Below, piece after piece: positions 20,084 to 31,427 of a stretch of DNA of 64,000 bases. A program made the translations under genes and the position numbers. Position 1 is the stretch's first letter, and each line of letters opens with the position of its first letter. The notes under the pieces were generated by a model. That model had not been told where the DNA came from. It worked only from the letters and a program-made list of their open reading frames with translations, and ran no database searches. Source of the stretch: an uncultured Armatimonadia bacterium. GTDB taxonomy: Bacteria; Armatimonadota; Zipacnadia; CAVVLO01. The stretch is from positions 544,001 through 608,000 of the forward strand of contig CAVVLO010000002.1 in the NCBI GenBank assembly GCA_963749155.1. Direction: 5' to 3'.

Positions 20084-21322
20084 GGCCGGCTGGAGTGCCA
20101 GTGGGCCAGACGTTCGAGGGCTCGGGCAGTGTCATCGAGTTCAGCCTGACCAAAATATTCTTTGACTGGCAGCATCACCCCTGTCGCCAGCACCTGTTCA
20201 GCGCCGGGGCAGCGAGTCTTGGTGTAGTCCACCGCCTTATAAGGATGACCGCCGCGCTCGAAGGCGCTGTGCTCAGTGAAGACGGGATAAGTATAGACAC
20301 ACTGGCCAATGTAATGGGCCGAAGCGGGGATGCCCTCGGCTACAAGCCCGGCGGCAAATTCGTCAGCGTCTACACGAAGAATCTCGGGCTCGATGCGCAG
20401 CATGTAGAACCACCAGGAAGGGTTGCAGCCAGGAGTTGGCAGCGGCGGAAGCACACCCTCAAGGCCTTCTAGCCGCTGGCTCAGTGCCTCGCACCAGGCG
20501 CGGCGTCGGGCGACGATATCCGCCAGCTTGCCGAGTTGCGCAAGCGCCACCGCGGCTTGTAGTTCTGTCATCCTGTAGTTGCCTGCCAGGAAGGTTGGAT
20601 TACGCATAGCGGCGCCTGGCTCCCGGTTGTAAGCCTTGTCCGTCGCCAGCCTGAGCTTGCGCGCCAGAGCCTCGTCCGAGGTCACCACGACTCCGCCATC
20701 GCCGCAGGAGATATGCTTGAACTCGTTAAGGCTGAAGCAACCGATCACCTTCGCGCGTGCCGACAGGCGCCCCCTCCCACTCGCAGCCCCAGGCCTGGGC
20801 ACAGTCCTCGACCAGTGCGATACCACGCTCATCGCATAGCTTCCCAAGGCTTGTAAGGTCGCAGGCATTGCCCCAGAGATGCACCGCCACAACGGCGCGG
20901 GTGCGCTGGGTCAGCACGGCTTCTACCGAGGCCGGCGTCATACAGTAAGTACGGTCGTCCACATCCGCGAACCTGGGTACAGCCCCCTGCCAGAGGATGG
21001 GAGTGAGGGTACCCATATCGGTAATTGGCGCCGTGACGACTTCATCGCCAGGCGAGATGCCAAGCGCCATCAGCGCCGCATGGAGGCTGGCCGTGCCGCT
21101 GCTGGTGGCGATTGCGTAAGGCCTTTCGAGCAGCCTGGCGACTTCGGCTTCCAGTTGATGCACGAACTTGCCCTGCGCGTAGAAGAGAGTATTCTGCGCG
21201 AGCGCCTCTCGCAGCAATTCCAGCTCTGCTTCCCCGTAACGCTGGCCAGAGGGGAAAGGCGCGGTGCGCACTGGAGTGCCGCCATAGAGAGCGGGCCGCT
21301 CAGAATCGGCTGATTTGCTCAT
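20080..21322 (-). CDS. DegT/DnrJ/EryC1/StrS-family PLP aminotransferase (frameshift near 20750)
   Basis: SSGTASLHAAL, GISPGDEV, LVEDCAQAWG, CFSLNEFKHISCGDGG (PLP Lys), NYRMTELQAAV. Confidence 0.9.
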
Positions 21323-21411
21323 AATCTGACCTCTTCCTCAGGCAGGTATAACGCGACCTTTCCCCAATTGTAACTTGCAAGTGGTAGAAGCTGGTGCAAG
21401 GGGGCGGGCAG

Positions 21412-22279
21412 ATGATTATCGACGCGCATAATCATCCCGATTGGCATGGCCACGATCTGGAGAAGTTCGTCGCAAATATGGACCAATACGGCATCGCCAA
21501 GACCTGGCTGCTCTCCTGGGAATGCCCTCCTGACGAATACGACCCAGTCCATTATGGATTGCTTTCACCTGCTGGCTCATCAGGCTCTCCCTTGCCTTTC
21601 GACAGGTGCCTGTCCTATGTAGAACGGCAGCCTGACCGGTTTATCCTCGGCTATTGCCCTGACGTGCGCAGGCCTGATGCCATCGACCGGATGAGGGCCG
21701 CGGTGGACATCCACGGGGCGCGCGTCTGCGGCGAGCTCAAGCTCAGGATGATGTACGACAATCCCGACGCCCTGAGGTTTTTCCATTTCTGTGGCGAACG
21801 GGGCCTTCCCGTAACCTTGCATCTGGACTATGAATTCTCCACCGGTGTGACCTATCCGCGGCCAAGTTATTGGTATGGGGGCGGAATCGAGGCGCTTCGA
21901 GAGGGCTCTGAAAGCCTGCCCGGACACGATTTTCCTTGGTCACGCGCCAGGTTTCTGGGCGCATATCTCGGGCGATGGGAAACACGCCATGGAACCCTAT
22001 CCCACCGGCCCGGTCGTCCCAGGCGGCAAGGTGCCAGAGCTTATGCGTCGCTATCCCAATCTTTATGGCGACCTGTCGGCCGGTTCGGGGGCCAATGCGC
22101 TGAGGCGCGATCCTGATCATGCCAGGCGCTTCATACTCGAGTTCAGCGACCGCCTGCTTTATGGGCGCGACTACTTCGACAACGCCCTCCAGGAGTTGCT
22201 GGATTCACTTGACCTGCCGGCCGAGGTGCTCGGGAAGCTCTACTCTGGCAACGCTTTACGGTTGGTGCCCGTCACTTGA
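21412..22279 (+). CDS. Amidohydrolase_2-family metallohydrolase (frameshift near 21898)
   Basis: MIIDAHNH, GELK, LPVTLH, FLGHAPGFW, PNLYGDLSAGSG, RLLYGRD. Confidence 0.85.
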
Positions 22280-23223
22280 AGCCAGCACCGTTCTCAAAAA
22301 CCGCTCTCTCCAGGCTGCGAGGCTGGCGCTACGCGGTCACCAAGCTTGCCCATTATCGCTTCCACCGGTTCCTGTCAGAACACGGGTATTATGAGTACAG
22401 ATACCGGCGCAAGTACGGCCATCCGCCCAACTACGCCAATCCGCGGACGCTGAGCGAGAAGCTCGCCTGGATGCGCCTGTATGACCGCGACCCGCGGTAC
22501 GTCCAGCTCGTGGACAAGCTCGCAGTCCGTGACTATGTGCGCGAACGGGTTGGCGAAGAGGTGCTGGTGCCGCTGTATGGCGTGTGGGAGAAAGCCTCAG
22601 ACATCCAGCTCGATGAGCTGCCGGAGCGCTTTGTGCTCAAGTGCAACCATGAGTGCGGCTATGTGGTGCTGTGCAAGGACCGCGACCAGCTCGACTGGCC
22701 CTTTGTGCAGGCCCAGCTCGCGACGCGGCTGAAGATGAACTACTACTATCGCTATCTGGAATGGCCGTATCTCAACGTGACGCCGCGCATCCTGGCTGAG
22801 GAACTGCTGGAGGACGAGCAAGGCGGCGAACCCTTGGATTACAAGTTTAACTGCTTCGGGGGCGAGCCACTGTATCTTTACGCGGTGAAGAACCGTCACA
22901 GCAACCCTGTACGAGCCTACTATTCTCTCGACTGGGAGCTGATGCCCTTCATTAGCCCAGAGTTCATTGATGGACCGCCAAATCCCCCTCTGCCGCGTCC
23001 GGCCCTGCTCGAGGAGATGGTCGATATAGCAAAGAAGCTGTCCAATGGCCTGCGGTTCTGCCGCGTTGATCTCTATGAGGTCAAGGGGAGAATCTACTTC
23101 AGCGAAATTACCTTGATCAATGCTGCGGGCTTCCTGACCTTCACACCCGACAGTTATAACTACTCACTCGGCGACCGCATAAAGCTGCCCGAGGCGGCCA
23201 TTTCTCAGCGACTGGCCAGGTAG
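22276..23223 (+). CDS. TupA-like ATP-grasp protein
   Basis: NPRTLSEKLAW, LVDKLAVRDYV, LPERFVLKCNH, PRILAEELL, DYKFNCFGGEP, FCRVDLY, IYFSEIT. Confidence 0.88.
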   Translation: MKPAPFSKTALSRLRGWRYAVTKLAHYRFHRFLSEHGYYEYRYRRKYGHPPNYANPRTLSEKLAWMRLYDRDPRYVQLVDKLAVRDYVRERVGEEVLVPLYGVWEKASDIQLDELPERFVLKCNHECGYVVLCKDRDQLDWPFVQAQLATRLKMNYYYRYLEWPYLNVTPRILAEELLEDEQGGEPLDYKFNCFGGEPLYLYAVKNRHSNPVRAYYSLDWELMPFISPEFIDGPPNPPLPRPALLEEMVDIAKKLSNGLRFCRVDLYEVKGRIYFSEITLINAAGFLTFTPDSYNYSLGDRIKLPEAAISQRLAR

Positions 23224-26200
23224 TTCAGCATATTTGCGTACCAGCGCGCAGCGATCGGGTCGTGCGCAAGAGCCTCCTCTGAAAGCTCCGCCACCAGCAG
23301 AGTCCCCGCCCCGACCTGGGCCTCGAAACAGGTCACCCCATAGTGGTTCATCAGGTCTTGCGGTTTGGTCAGGTAGCCATGAGGAGCCACCGAATAAGCT
23401 AATATGCGCGCCTGGGCCTTCGGGTGCATCACATAGCAGCCCTTCGCCACATGGGGCACGACGCCCTCGGGTTGCTGGCACCAGGCGAGGTCCAGCGGGC
23501 CCAACTCCTCGAAGACCGGATGCTCTAGAACGTCCATATTAACGATCTCGACCTGCCTCGTTTTGTAGCTTGCCACAAGCTCAGGCAGCAGCTCTTGCAC
23601 CGCCGTGCCGCCGTTCAGCACCAGTGCCTTGCCGCCGGACTCAAGGAAACCTGCAAGCTCCTCAGGCGAGGCTGCCGCGATGCCCTCAGCGCCCCGGATG
23701 AGGCGCACGCCCTCCGCCTTGGGCGCTTCTGCCCATCGCCGGGTGGCGAGCACAAGGTCATACTCGTTGGTGGAGAGGACCTTGCCGGCGAGGAGCAGCT
23801 CCAGCTTCAGTGTCGCGTTCTCCTTTGGATGAGGGAGCTTCTCCGGCAGCTTCAAGGCAGAGGTCCACCCAGGTGTTGCCGTAATAAGGGGTATCGCCTA
23901 GCGGCGCGCTAACCTCGGCAAGTCGTTTGCCTTTTGAATCAAGCACTGAGCACCGCACTTCTGCCCCTGACAGCGTCCCGCGCGAGGTATCGTCGTGCAC
24001 CAGGCAGAGTCGCCCGGTAAGGGTATCTCCTGCGAAGAAGTGACGGCTTCCAAATTCGACACTCACCAGCAAGGGCTGCAAGGCGGTCTGCATCGCGCCA
24101 TAAGCTGCATAAGGCGCAATCCGATCGGCTTCGAAGCAATTCAAGAACCAGTTGTTGTTGGCGAAGTGAAGCAGCCCGCAGAGCTTGTTGCGCTCTCGCC
24201 TGCCAAGTTCCGCCAGTTCCTTCGAGAGGAAGGCGTGGCGGTCGAGGAAGAGCGAGACGTCGCGGTCTTCGTAGGCCCAGTCGCCGCACCAGGCCTGGGG
24301 CACATAGTGGTCGGTGATATATTTGCGCGTCGGATGGCCTGTGTCGTTGTTCGGATACCCCTGGCTGAACTCCTGGCTGATGGCGGGCCGCTCGCCTGTG
24401 AAGCGCGTCTCCAGCTTGCCGCCCCACAGGTCGAAGGCTGACACTGAATACCAGCCATAATAAATATGGATATCGTCCATATCGCCATCATCCCACCCGT
24501 TGGGAACGATCTCCTGCTCGTAAGTGGCAGCGTTTCGCACGTAGCCGGAGTCGGGCACGATTGGCCTTGAAGGGTCAAGCGCACGCATTGCTTCGATCAT
24601 CCCGCTTGCGATGTCCCACTTCTCGGCCCGGCGCGCCGGGTCGGGGTCGCGATACCAGTAGCTTTCATTGTTGAGCGTCCACATCAGGATACTCGGGTGG
24701 TTACGGTTGGCGCGGATGTAACCCAGCCAGTCGTCTTTCCAGGCCTCGACCAGATCGGGCGAGGGGACAGGGGTGGCATCTATCATCGTCCAGGGCCAGA
24801 TGCCCTCGAGGCTGACGCCAACGCCCTCCTCATCCGCGGCATCGAGCCAGGTGCGGGTGAAAGACGACCCGTGAGTGCGCGTAATCATTGTGTTGCCCTC
24901 ATGCATCAGCCTGAGGAAGGTATGGGCCAGCTCGCTGTCGTTAGGTTTGAGGCCACTGGGGCAGTGATTGGCGCCGCGTAGCCAGTACGGCTGGCCGTTG
25001 AGGTAGAGTCGGTTGCCGCGTACTTCAAAGGTGCGAAAACCTACCGGGAGGCTGACAGTATCCAGCAAGGAGTCATCTGCTCCAACCAGGTCCAGTTCCA
25101 TATCATAAAGGTTGGGTTGCTCCGGCGACCACAGCTTCGGCGCAAGATTCGAGGCGCCGATCGGTATGATCGTTTCGTTTCCCGGTGGAAGCACAACGCT
25201 TTGCCTGGCCTCGTAGAGCAGCTTGCCGCTAGCCCGTTCGGTAAGGCGGAGGGCCAGTTCTCCAGTAGTTGTCTCGGTGCGTGCATTGTCAAAGCGCACC
25301 TCTCCTGTCACTCCAGTGAGCGAGGGAGTTAGCTGTACCTCGGCGATGCGCGCTGGATCGGTCACTAGCAGTTCGACCGGCTGCCAGAGGCCCAGGTTCC
25401 GGTTATACATCCCGTGCGGCAGGCCTGAAACCATATCTCTGGTTATCTCGACCGTCACCGCGACGCCCAGCACTTCGCTTGTATCCTCTGCCCCCTTGTA
25501 ACTGCCATCGGAAACGAACACCGTGACGCAGTTGAGGCCGCCCGGCCTCAGCGCTTTGGACGCGTCCAGGTCGAAGGGGGAGAACATCCCCGTGTGGCCG
25601 CCCAGATAGACGCCGTTGAGCCACACCTGGCAGACGGCCGCGACCGCCTCGAAGTGCAGCACGCAGGCCTTCTCCGCATAACTGGCTGGAGCGCGGAACC
25701 ACTGCCTGTACCAGGCGGCGCTTGGTGCTCTGGACATCGAAAGTCAGCGCATCGCAGCGCGCCTGCTCCGACTGCTACCCAGTTGTCCGAGGTGCCCTGG
25801 CCGGGGCCGTAGATCCACCAGTAGGAGGGCTTTATGAAGTCTGGCACAGGCATCACATGCCAGCTCTCATCGCTGACGTCGGGCTCGTAGGGCTTCTGGT
25901 CCGCGGGTCGCTCGGATTCGGGCAGCAGCAACCACTGGCTTCCCAGGCTGGTGACGGTGCGGCCTGGACCTGCCTCCGGCAGCACCTCTGGGCGCCACTC
26001 GGCCCGCTGCCTGGCCCGGCGCTCGGACTTCCCGGTGATTGCAGCCTGCATCGCGGCAGCGAGGGCGTCGCGCTCTTTACTCTGCGCGTCCCACTGGCGG
26101 CTCACCTGTTGCCAGACCGCACCGACCGAGGCGCGCGGCTCAAGCGCCAGCCAGTTGGCTCCGCCACCGGATTGCCCATCGGGATGGGTGGACTTCAGAG

Positions 26201-27195
26201 TCAGGCGAAACTGTCCGTTTGTCACCGTCACTGGCCGCTTGAGCTTGTAATGTTGGCCACTTGGCAGCTCCAGGTTGAAACTGGGGGCTACCTCGTCGTG
26301 GATATAGGCTTCCTGGTGCGTGCCGTAGGAGGGGTCGCCCACCACCAGCGTCAGCAGGTAATCGCCGTTTGGGCAATCCAGCAGGAAGGTCGCCTGCTTG
26401 GTGCCATGTGCGACGGCTGCGATCGTGTCCAGGCGCGGGTCGGAGTCCACATGCCGCACCCGCATCATCGCCTCCATATCGGCCATCCAGCCGAAGCCAC
26501 GCTGCTTCGTGTAGACCTGCCCATCGCCTTTCAGATAGCCGTCCACCGTTGGCGTGGTCGTGGGCTGAAAATTCACCTTCAAGGCATCGGCTGAAAGCCT
26601 CGCCTGCTGATCTACTGCCAGGTCCGGACTACCGCTTACGCTTGCCGAATCGAACCAGCACTTGAAGGGCCCTCCTCCCAGCCCGATGAGGCCGGGGCCA
26701 AGGGGCTCGGAGTCCACGGCGCTGATGCGCGGCATCGCCTCCTCGTTCAACCAGACCCGTATCAGCCCACCCTCGGCCGTGATGCGCAGCGTGCAGGGTT
26801 GATTCGATTTCGGAGTAAAACCGAGTGGCTTCAGCGCAAGCAGGCGGTCCTTGCCGCCAGGGCTAAAGCGGAAGAGGAAGAGGTCATCACAGTTGTTGGC
26901 CCGCAGCGCCAGGGCATAATGGGTGTTATCGTCCGCATAACGGAACCTGACCCACGCCTCGCCGTCCTCTGACAGGCGCGCGCGGACGGTGAAGTCAAGG
27001 TCGCCAAACTGCTGCCCAGGCCACAGGGCGATTGGGCCGGTCAGCGCCAGGGCTCCGGAACTGACTTTAGCCTCTCCCCTGCGCGCAAGCTGCCAGGCGT
27101 CCAGGTCGGTGACGGGCAGACTCCTTAGCGAAAGCGCCACCAAACACCAGGCAGCCAAGCCAAATGACGCCCGGTAGCATAAGTCTGATTCTCAT
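23205..27195 (-). CDS. Secreted GH2 glycoside hydrolase with N-terminal DUF1080/lectin-like and beta-sandwich modules (frameshifts at about 27120, 25770, 25725, 23855)
   Basis: Signal peptide MRIRLMLPGVIWLGCLVFGGAFA; LHFEAV..VWLNGVYLGGHTGMFSPF; LWSPEQPNLY; VGFRTF; RNHPSILMWTLNNE; AISQEF. Confidence 0.85.
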
Positions 27196-27215
27196 AAGGA
27201 ACCTCTCTGGTCGAA

Positions 27216-29469
27216 CTAATCAACGGCAGCAGGCTCTGATTGCCCTGCCCCGTATTTTTTTCGCAGCGCCTCATACTTGGGCTGAGCGAGCGTAGCCGCC
27301 AGCCCATCATCTGGACAACTATATGTCTCAATCAGGCTGCTATCGAATTGCTTCAGCCTCTCGGCGGCCGCTTCGAGCTTCTCGAAGGTATAACGAGCCA
27401 GGTCCTGATTCTCCTGCTGCTCAAAGGCCACAAGGCAGGTCAACTGGTAGAGGAACTCCACCGTGGCCTCGGCATAGGCGAAGCGCTGTTCATCTTCCAG
27501 CAGCCTGGCTTTCTCGGTTGCCTCCTGACACTTGCCGAGGGCTTCATCGAGCGCTGTTCTGGCGCGCTCCAGCGAATCGAGTAGCTCCAGGAAATCCGGC
27601 CCGTCATTCTGGGCGGGATGGTATTCCTCATAGTGCATATGATCGAGTGGGAAAGGCGTCTGATCAGTATTGAGGCGCCTGGCAAGTGTCGCTTTTAGTG
27701 GCGTGATGGCAACTAGCGCACTTTCAAGTTCGGTATAGAAGCGCCTGGTCTCCACTGTCGTGGTCGGATAATACTGTGCGAAATATTCGTCCAGTACGCC
27801 AGGCACGTCAGCATGCGGCGCCCACAGCAACCGAGCTAGGAGATACTGGTTGAGCGTCCAGGTACCCCACTTGCTGGTCAGTGTATGCATATAGTGGAAG
27901 TGACGGGCGCCCTGCTCCCAGTACCAGGGGATATCCAGGGCCATGGTGCGCCAGTAGAGGGCTGGCAGCGACTTGTAGACACTGACATTGTAGTATTCTC
28001 CCAGGAAAAGACTGCCCTGCCAGGCGCCCCCGCTCGCGGGCGCCCAGCCCCTTGAAGGCGTCGGCATAGTGTTTGTTGAACTCGGTGCAGGTCGGATCGG
28101 CCAGCGCATGGGTGTAACAGCGCCCAATAGGATAGAAAGTCACCGAGCAATGTTCGTAATCGAAGTCAGCCGGAAGCGGCCTGGTCGGAGGTTGGCGAGT
28201 CTCGGTGTAAGCCAGCGTGCTGAAGGCGACCTCGCGCTGGAGCCGCCCATCCGCGCGCGCCTTTTGCACCCCCTGGTTTACCTGATAAAGCAGCAGGAGC
28301 AGCCGGTCGGTAGGGGTGCCCAGGCTACCGCACTGTTCACACTCGCACCACTTGCCGGCATCTTCCATCCAGAAGTTGACGATGTCGGCTTTGCTCCAGT
28401 CTCCCTTCGTCAGCCCTTCGACAAGGTTCTTTGTCAGCTCGGTTACGGCGTCTGGATTGGAAGTGCAGCAGTTGTCTCCCTGGTCGCCCTGGATTTTGTC
28501 GCTGCGCTTGCCCCCTCGCAGTCCATACCACTCGGGATGAGCCTCGAAGTAGGTCAGCTTGCCGTCTCCGTTCGTATCGCCCTGAGACTCGGGAGAAGGC
28601 TGGTAGGGCTCTGACGGTTTGGCGCCATCAGTTGCGGCCCCTGTACTGTAAGGATATTCAGCCTTTGGACCAAGATAACGCGTCTGGAGGTCGTGGGTGC
28701 CTATCGCAAGCTTCATCCCAAGCTTCTTAAGGAAGGGCACCTCCCTGTCCGCCGCAGTCCAGTAGTTCATCCTGTTACGCGCCATCCAGAGGAAGAAATC
28801 CCGGTTGCCTCGGTCTTCCCAGGCATAGAAACCCCGGGTGAGATAGCCAGGCTCTTCTGTCAGCTCGAGCGGTTGGGTCGGCAAGGCCTGTGGACGCGCC
28901 GGATAGACCGTGCCCTGCTCGCCTAGACCGAACCAGCGCATCCCCAGGAGCTCCAGATAACGATAGGCGCCATAAAGCGCGCCTTCGCGCCCGCCCCCCT
29001 CGATCAGGCAATAGGTCGCCTCGCCCCTCGAGAGCAGCTTGATGCGGTACGATTGGGCGCTCTTGAAGACCGGAGGCAAGGCATCTGGCTCATCCGCAAG
29101 CGCAAGCAAAGGATTAGAGGTGCGGCTGCCGATTACGATTACATAGCCCTCTTGAGGCAGTCGCTCAGGCCAGGCAAGCTCTAGCTCCTCTTTGGTCGTA
29201 GTGGAAGCAAGCGCCAGATAATGCGCCAGCTCGGTTGCGGCAAAGCACTCGGTACAGGCATCGTCGTCCGCCTGGTCGGCATCCCAGAAGTTGACTAGCG
29301 CTTCACTTTCCGCCGCGACCGCGATGCTCTCGAAGGGGCCAGGATTCGCGATAATCGTAATAGTCATAGGTCCTCCCACAGCCAGTGTGGCCATATTGCA
29401 GAGTCCAACTAGCGCCGCGCACAGCAGCAGGCTGAGTCCAGGCAGCTTTCTTCGTCTTTCCACAATCAC
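27216..29469 (-). CDS. Secreted DUF4838-domain protein with GH20/GH67-type N-terminal domain (frameshift near 28040)
   Basis: GALYGAYRYLELLGMRWF, WMARNRMN, YFEAHPEWYGL, CCTSNP, WCECEQC, LAYTET..PP, LNQYLLARLLW. Confidence 0.75.
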
Positions 29470-31187
29470 TCAGCCTCACTAGTGGCAAGCTGTCTGATTT
29501 CGTCCTCATCAAGAGCCCGGTCATACAGTCTTACCTCGCGCAACTCGCCAGCGAAATAGTTTTCGGCGCCGAAGCCAATCAGCAGTGGCCGATTGTTTGA
29601 CAGGTCGTAGTCAGTCGGATTGAAAGCCTCCGAGCTGCTGACCAGCTTGCCATCCACATAAAGCAGCAGACGGCCGCCCTCTCGTATCGCAGCCAGGTGA
29701 TGCCACCTGGAGCCCAGGTCCTGTTCGTAAGCGATGACTTGCCCCGCCTGCCAGCAGAAAACTTTGCCTGCCTCATCTGCAGGCGCAGCTTCGGGCACCC
29801 CACTGGCGGTAGAGGTACCGCAGTAAAGCTTCCCCTCGAAGCTGGTCATAGAGGGTACTCTGCGCCAACTCGCGTGGACTTCGGGCGAGTAGTCAGGATT
29901 GTTCACCAGGCGTTTGACCAGAGTGGTGTGGTCGCCATCATAGCGCCAGACTTCTCCCTTGGGGATGACCCCGGCGTAAAGCTTGCCGTTGTAAACCACC
30001 AGGTCATTTATCTCATTGTTGTAGGAGGGCCTGTCCCCGCGCATCACCGTGTCGTCGAGGGCGCCTGTGTCGCCGCAAGCAGCCCAGTCCATATCGCCAT
30101 CGCGCCGCATCAGCCTGCCGCGCTCCCACGTGCCCGCCCACAGCTTGCCTTCGTAGACGGCGAAGGTATGGACCTGGCAGATGTCCACCGGGTTGAACTC
30201 GGCCACGATGTCCCAGGCCAGCTTGCCGGCATAGCGATGGATGAGACTGCTGGCTCCGCCATACAGCCTGTCCTGGAAGACCATCATCGAGAGCAGCTTG
30301 TAGTCAGGCGTCTGGCCGCAGGTAATCCACTTGCCGTCGTCTTCATAGCGATAGGTGAAGCCGGCATCATCCGAGGCGAACAAATCGTCTCCCAGCGAGG
30401 CCAGCGAAGTTATCCGCTTGCCAGGAGTATCGAGCCGGCAGTCATGCCAGTTGCCGTCTCCCTCATACCGATAAACACTGGGATGCCCGTAAGCCCCAAG
30501 GTTCCAGTAATTCCACGCGCCGGTCGCGGCATAAAGCTTGCCCTGATGGACGCACAGGCCCATAACCGAGGGGCACTCGAGATTATCGCCCACGCGCCCG
30601 CAGTCTACCCAGTCCTGCCCACCAGCATAACGGAAGACATGACAAGCCTGCTCTGGCTCCAGCGCGTCGGCGATGCCTGTATAAAGCTCCCCCTCGAAGA
30701 CAGTAAGGGTGCTGATAAGGGTATTCTCCGGCCAGGGCCTGCCGCAGTCTGCCCACTCGCCCTCGACTGCATTGTCAATCCCAAATTGAACATAACGAGC
30801 ATCGCTTACCGAAGAATAACCTGGCGAACTGGCCGAGATATGCAGGTTGAGCCCGCGCCTGGTCTGGGGGTCATATTTGTTTACAACATCGCCAGTGAAT
30901 CTCGCTCCGCCCTGGCACTTTACCCAGGCTGTCACAGCGAAATCTCCCTTGCCAAGCCGCAAGGTGGCACTCGCCGGCACCTCGATATAACTCCCAAGGC
31001 CATCGAACTGGGCGGCCCTGCCTTCTTTAAGCACGACGCCATGGTTTATCCCGTGATTCCCAAGTCCCGAATAATCAGCAGAGTCGCCCTCCAGCTTCCA
31101 GTAACCAACCAGTCCTGCATCGCCAGCCATACAGCTTCCTCCTAGCAGCACCAGTATCACCAGGACCACAAAGCTGATTGACCGCAT
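29466..31187 (-). CDS. Secreted LamG-domain protein with inserted beta-propeller
   Basis: GLVGYWKLEG...FAVTAWVK at the N-terminus, WHHLAAIRE..LYVDGKL..FAGELREVRLYDRAL at the C-terminus, repeated blades in between (LTVFEGELY, VHQGKLY, VFQDRLY, VYEGKLW, VYNGKLY, FEGKLY); RBS GAGGAG. Confidence 0.8.
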   Translation of the reverse strand: MRSISFVVLVILVLLGGSCMAGDAGLVGYWKLEGDSADYSGLGNHGINHGVVLKEGRAAQFDGLGSYIEVPASATLRLGKGDFAVTAWVKCQGGARFTGDVVNKYDPQTRRGLNLHISASSPGYSSVSDARYVQFGIDNAVEGEWADCGRPWPENTLISTLTVFEGELYTGIADALEPEQACHVFRYAGGQDWVDCGRVGDNLECPSVMGLCVHQGKLYAATGAWNYWNLGAYGHPSVYRYEGDGNWHDCRLDTPGKRITSLASLGDDLFASDDAGFTYRYEDDGKWITCGQTPDYKLLSMMVFQDRLYGGASSLIHRYAGKLAWDIVAEFNPVDICQVHTFAVYEGKLWAGTWERGRLMRRDGDMDWAACGDTGALDDTVMRGDRPSYNNEINDLVVYNGKLYAGVIPKGEVWRYDGDHTTLVKRLVNNPDYSPEVHASWRRVPSMTSFEGKLYCGTSTASGVPEAAPADEAGKVFCWQAGQVIAYEQDLGSRWHHLAAIREGGRLLLYVDGKLVSSSEAFNPTDYDLSNNRPLLIGFGAENYFAGELREVRLYDRALDEDEIRQLATSEAE

Positions 31188-31235
31188 CCCAGTCTCCTCA
31201 TCCGCTAGTCCAGAGGTTTGGCTAGCGGGGAGAGC

Positions 31236-31262
31236 TTCTGCCCGCAAGAGGGCGCTTCCTGC
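31236..31262 (-). promoter_or_regulatory. SigH-like promoter GCAGGA-N17-AGAA
   Basis: Upstream of the 31187 start; 14-nt identity with the 10654-10679 site. Confidence 0.55.
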
Positions 31263-31427
31263 GTTGAGTGCGAAATAAAAGCTGCCAGGCTGATTACAGG
31301 CTTCAAATCAGCGCCCGACTGCCCAAAGGGGAACCCAGCTTCCCGCGGCGAAGCTGTGCCAGTGGGAGAGGCCTGCAGTCTGGAGAGCTTTTGCCATCGG
31401 CATTCGGTTGTGGGAGACAAGGTCAGC

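Noticed and set aside
29697..31145. 482-aa + strand ORF (also 7443..8579, 33437..34630, 36276..37418, 37476..38438)
   Set aside because: Antisense shadows of well-supported genes on the opposite strand
31288..31368. Cluster of short hairpins (gctgatt/aatcagc, cagcttc/gaagctg) as a riboswitch
   Set aside because: No recognisable aptamer consensus; short stems are expected at this GC content
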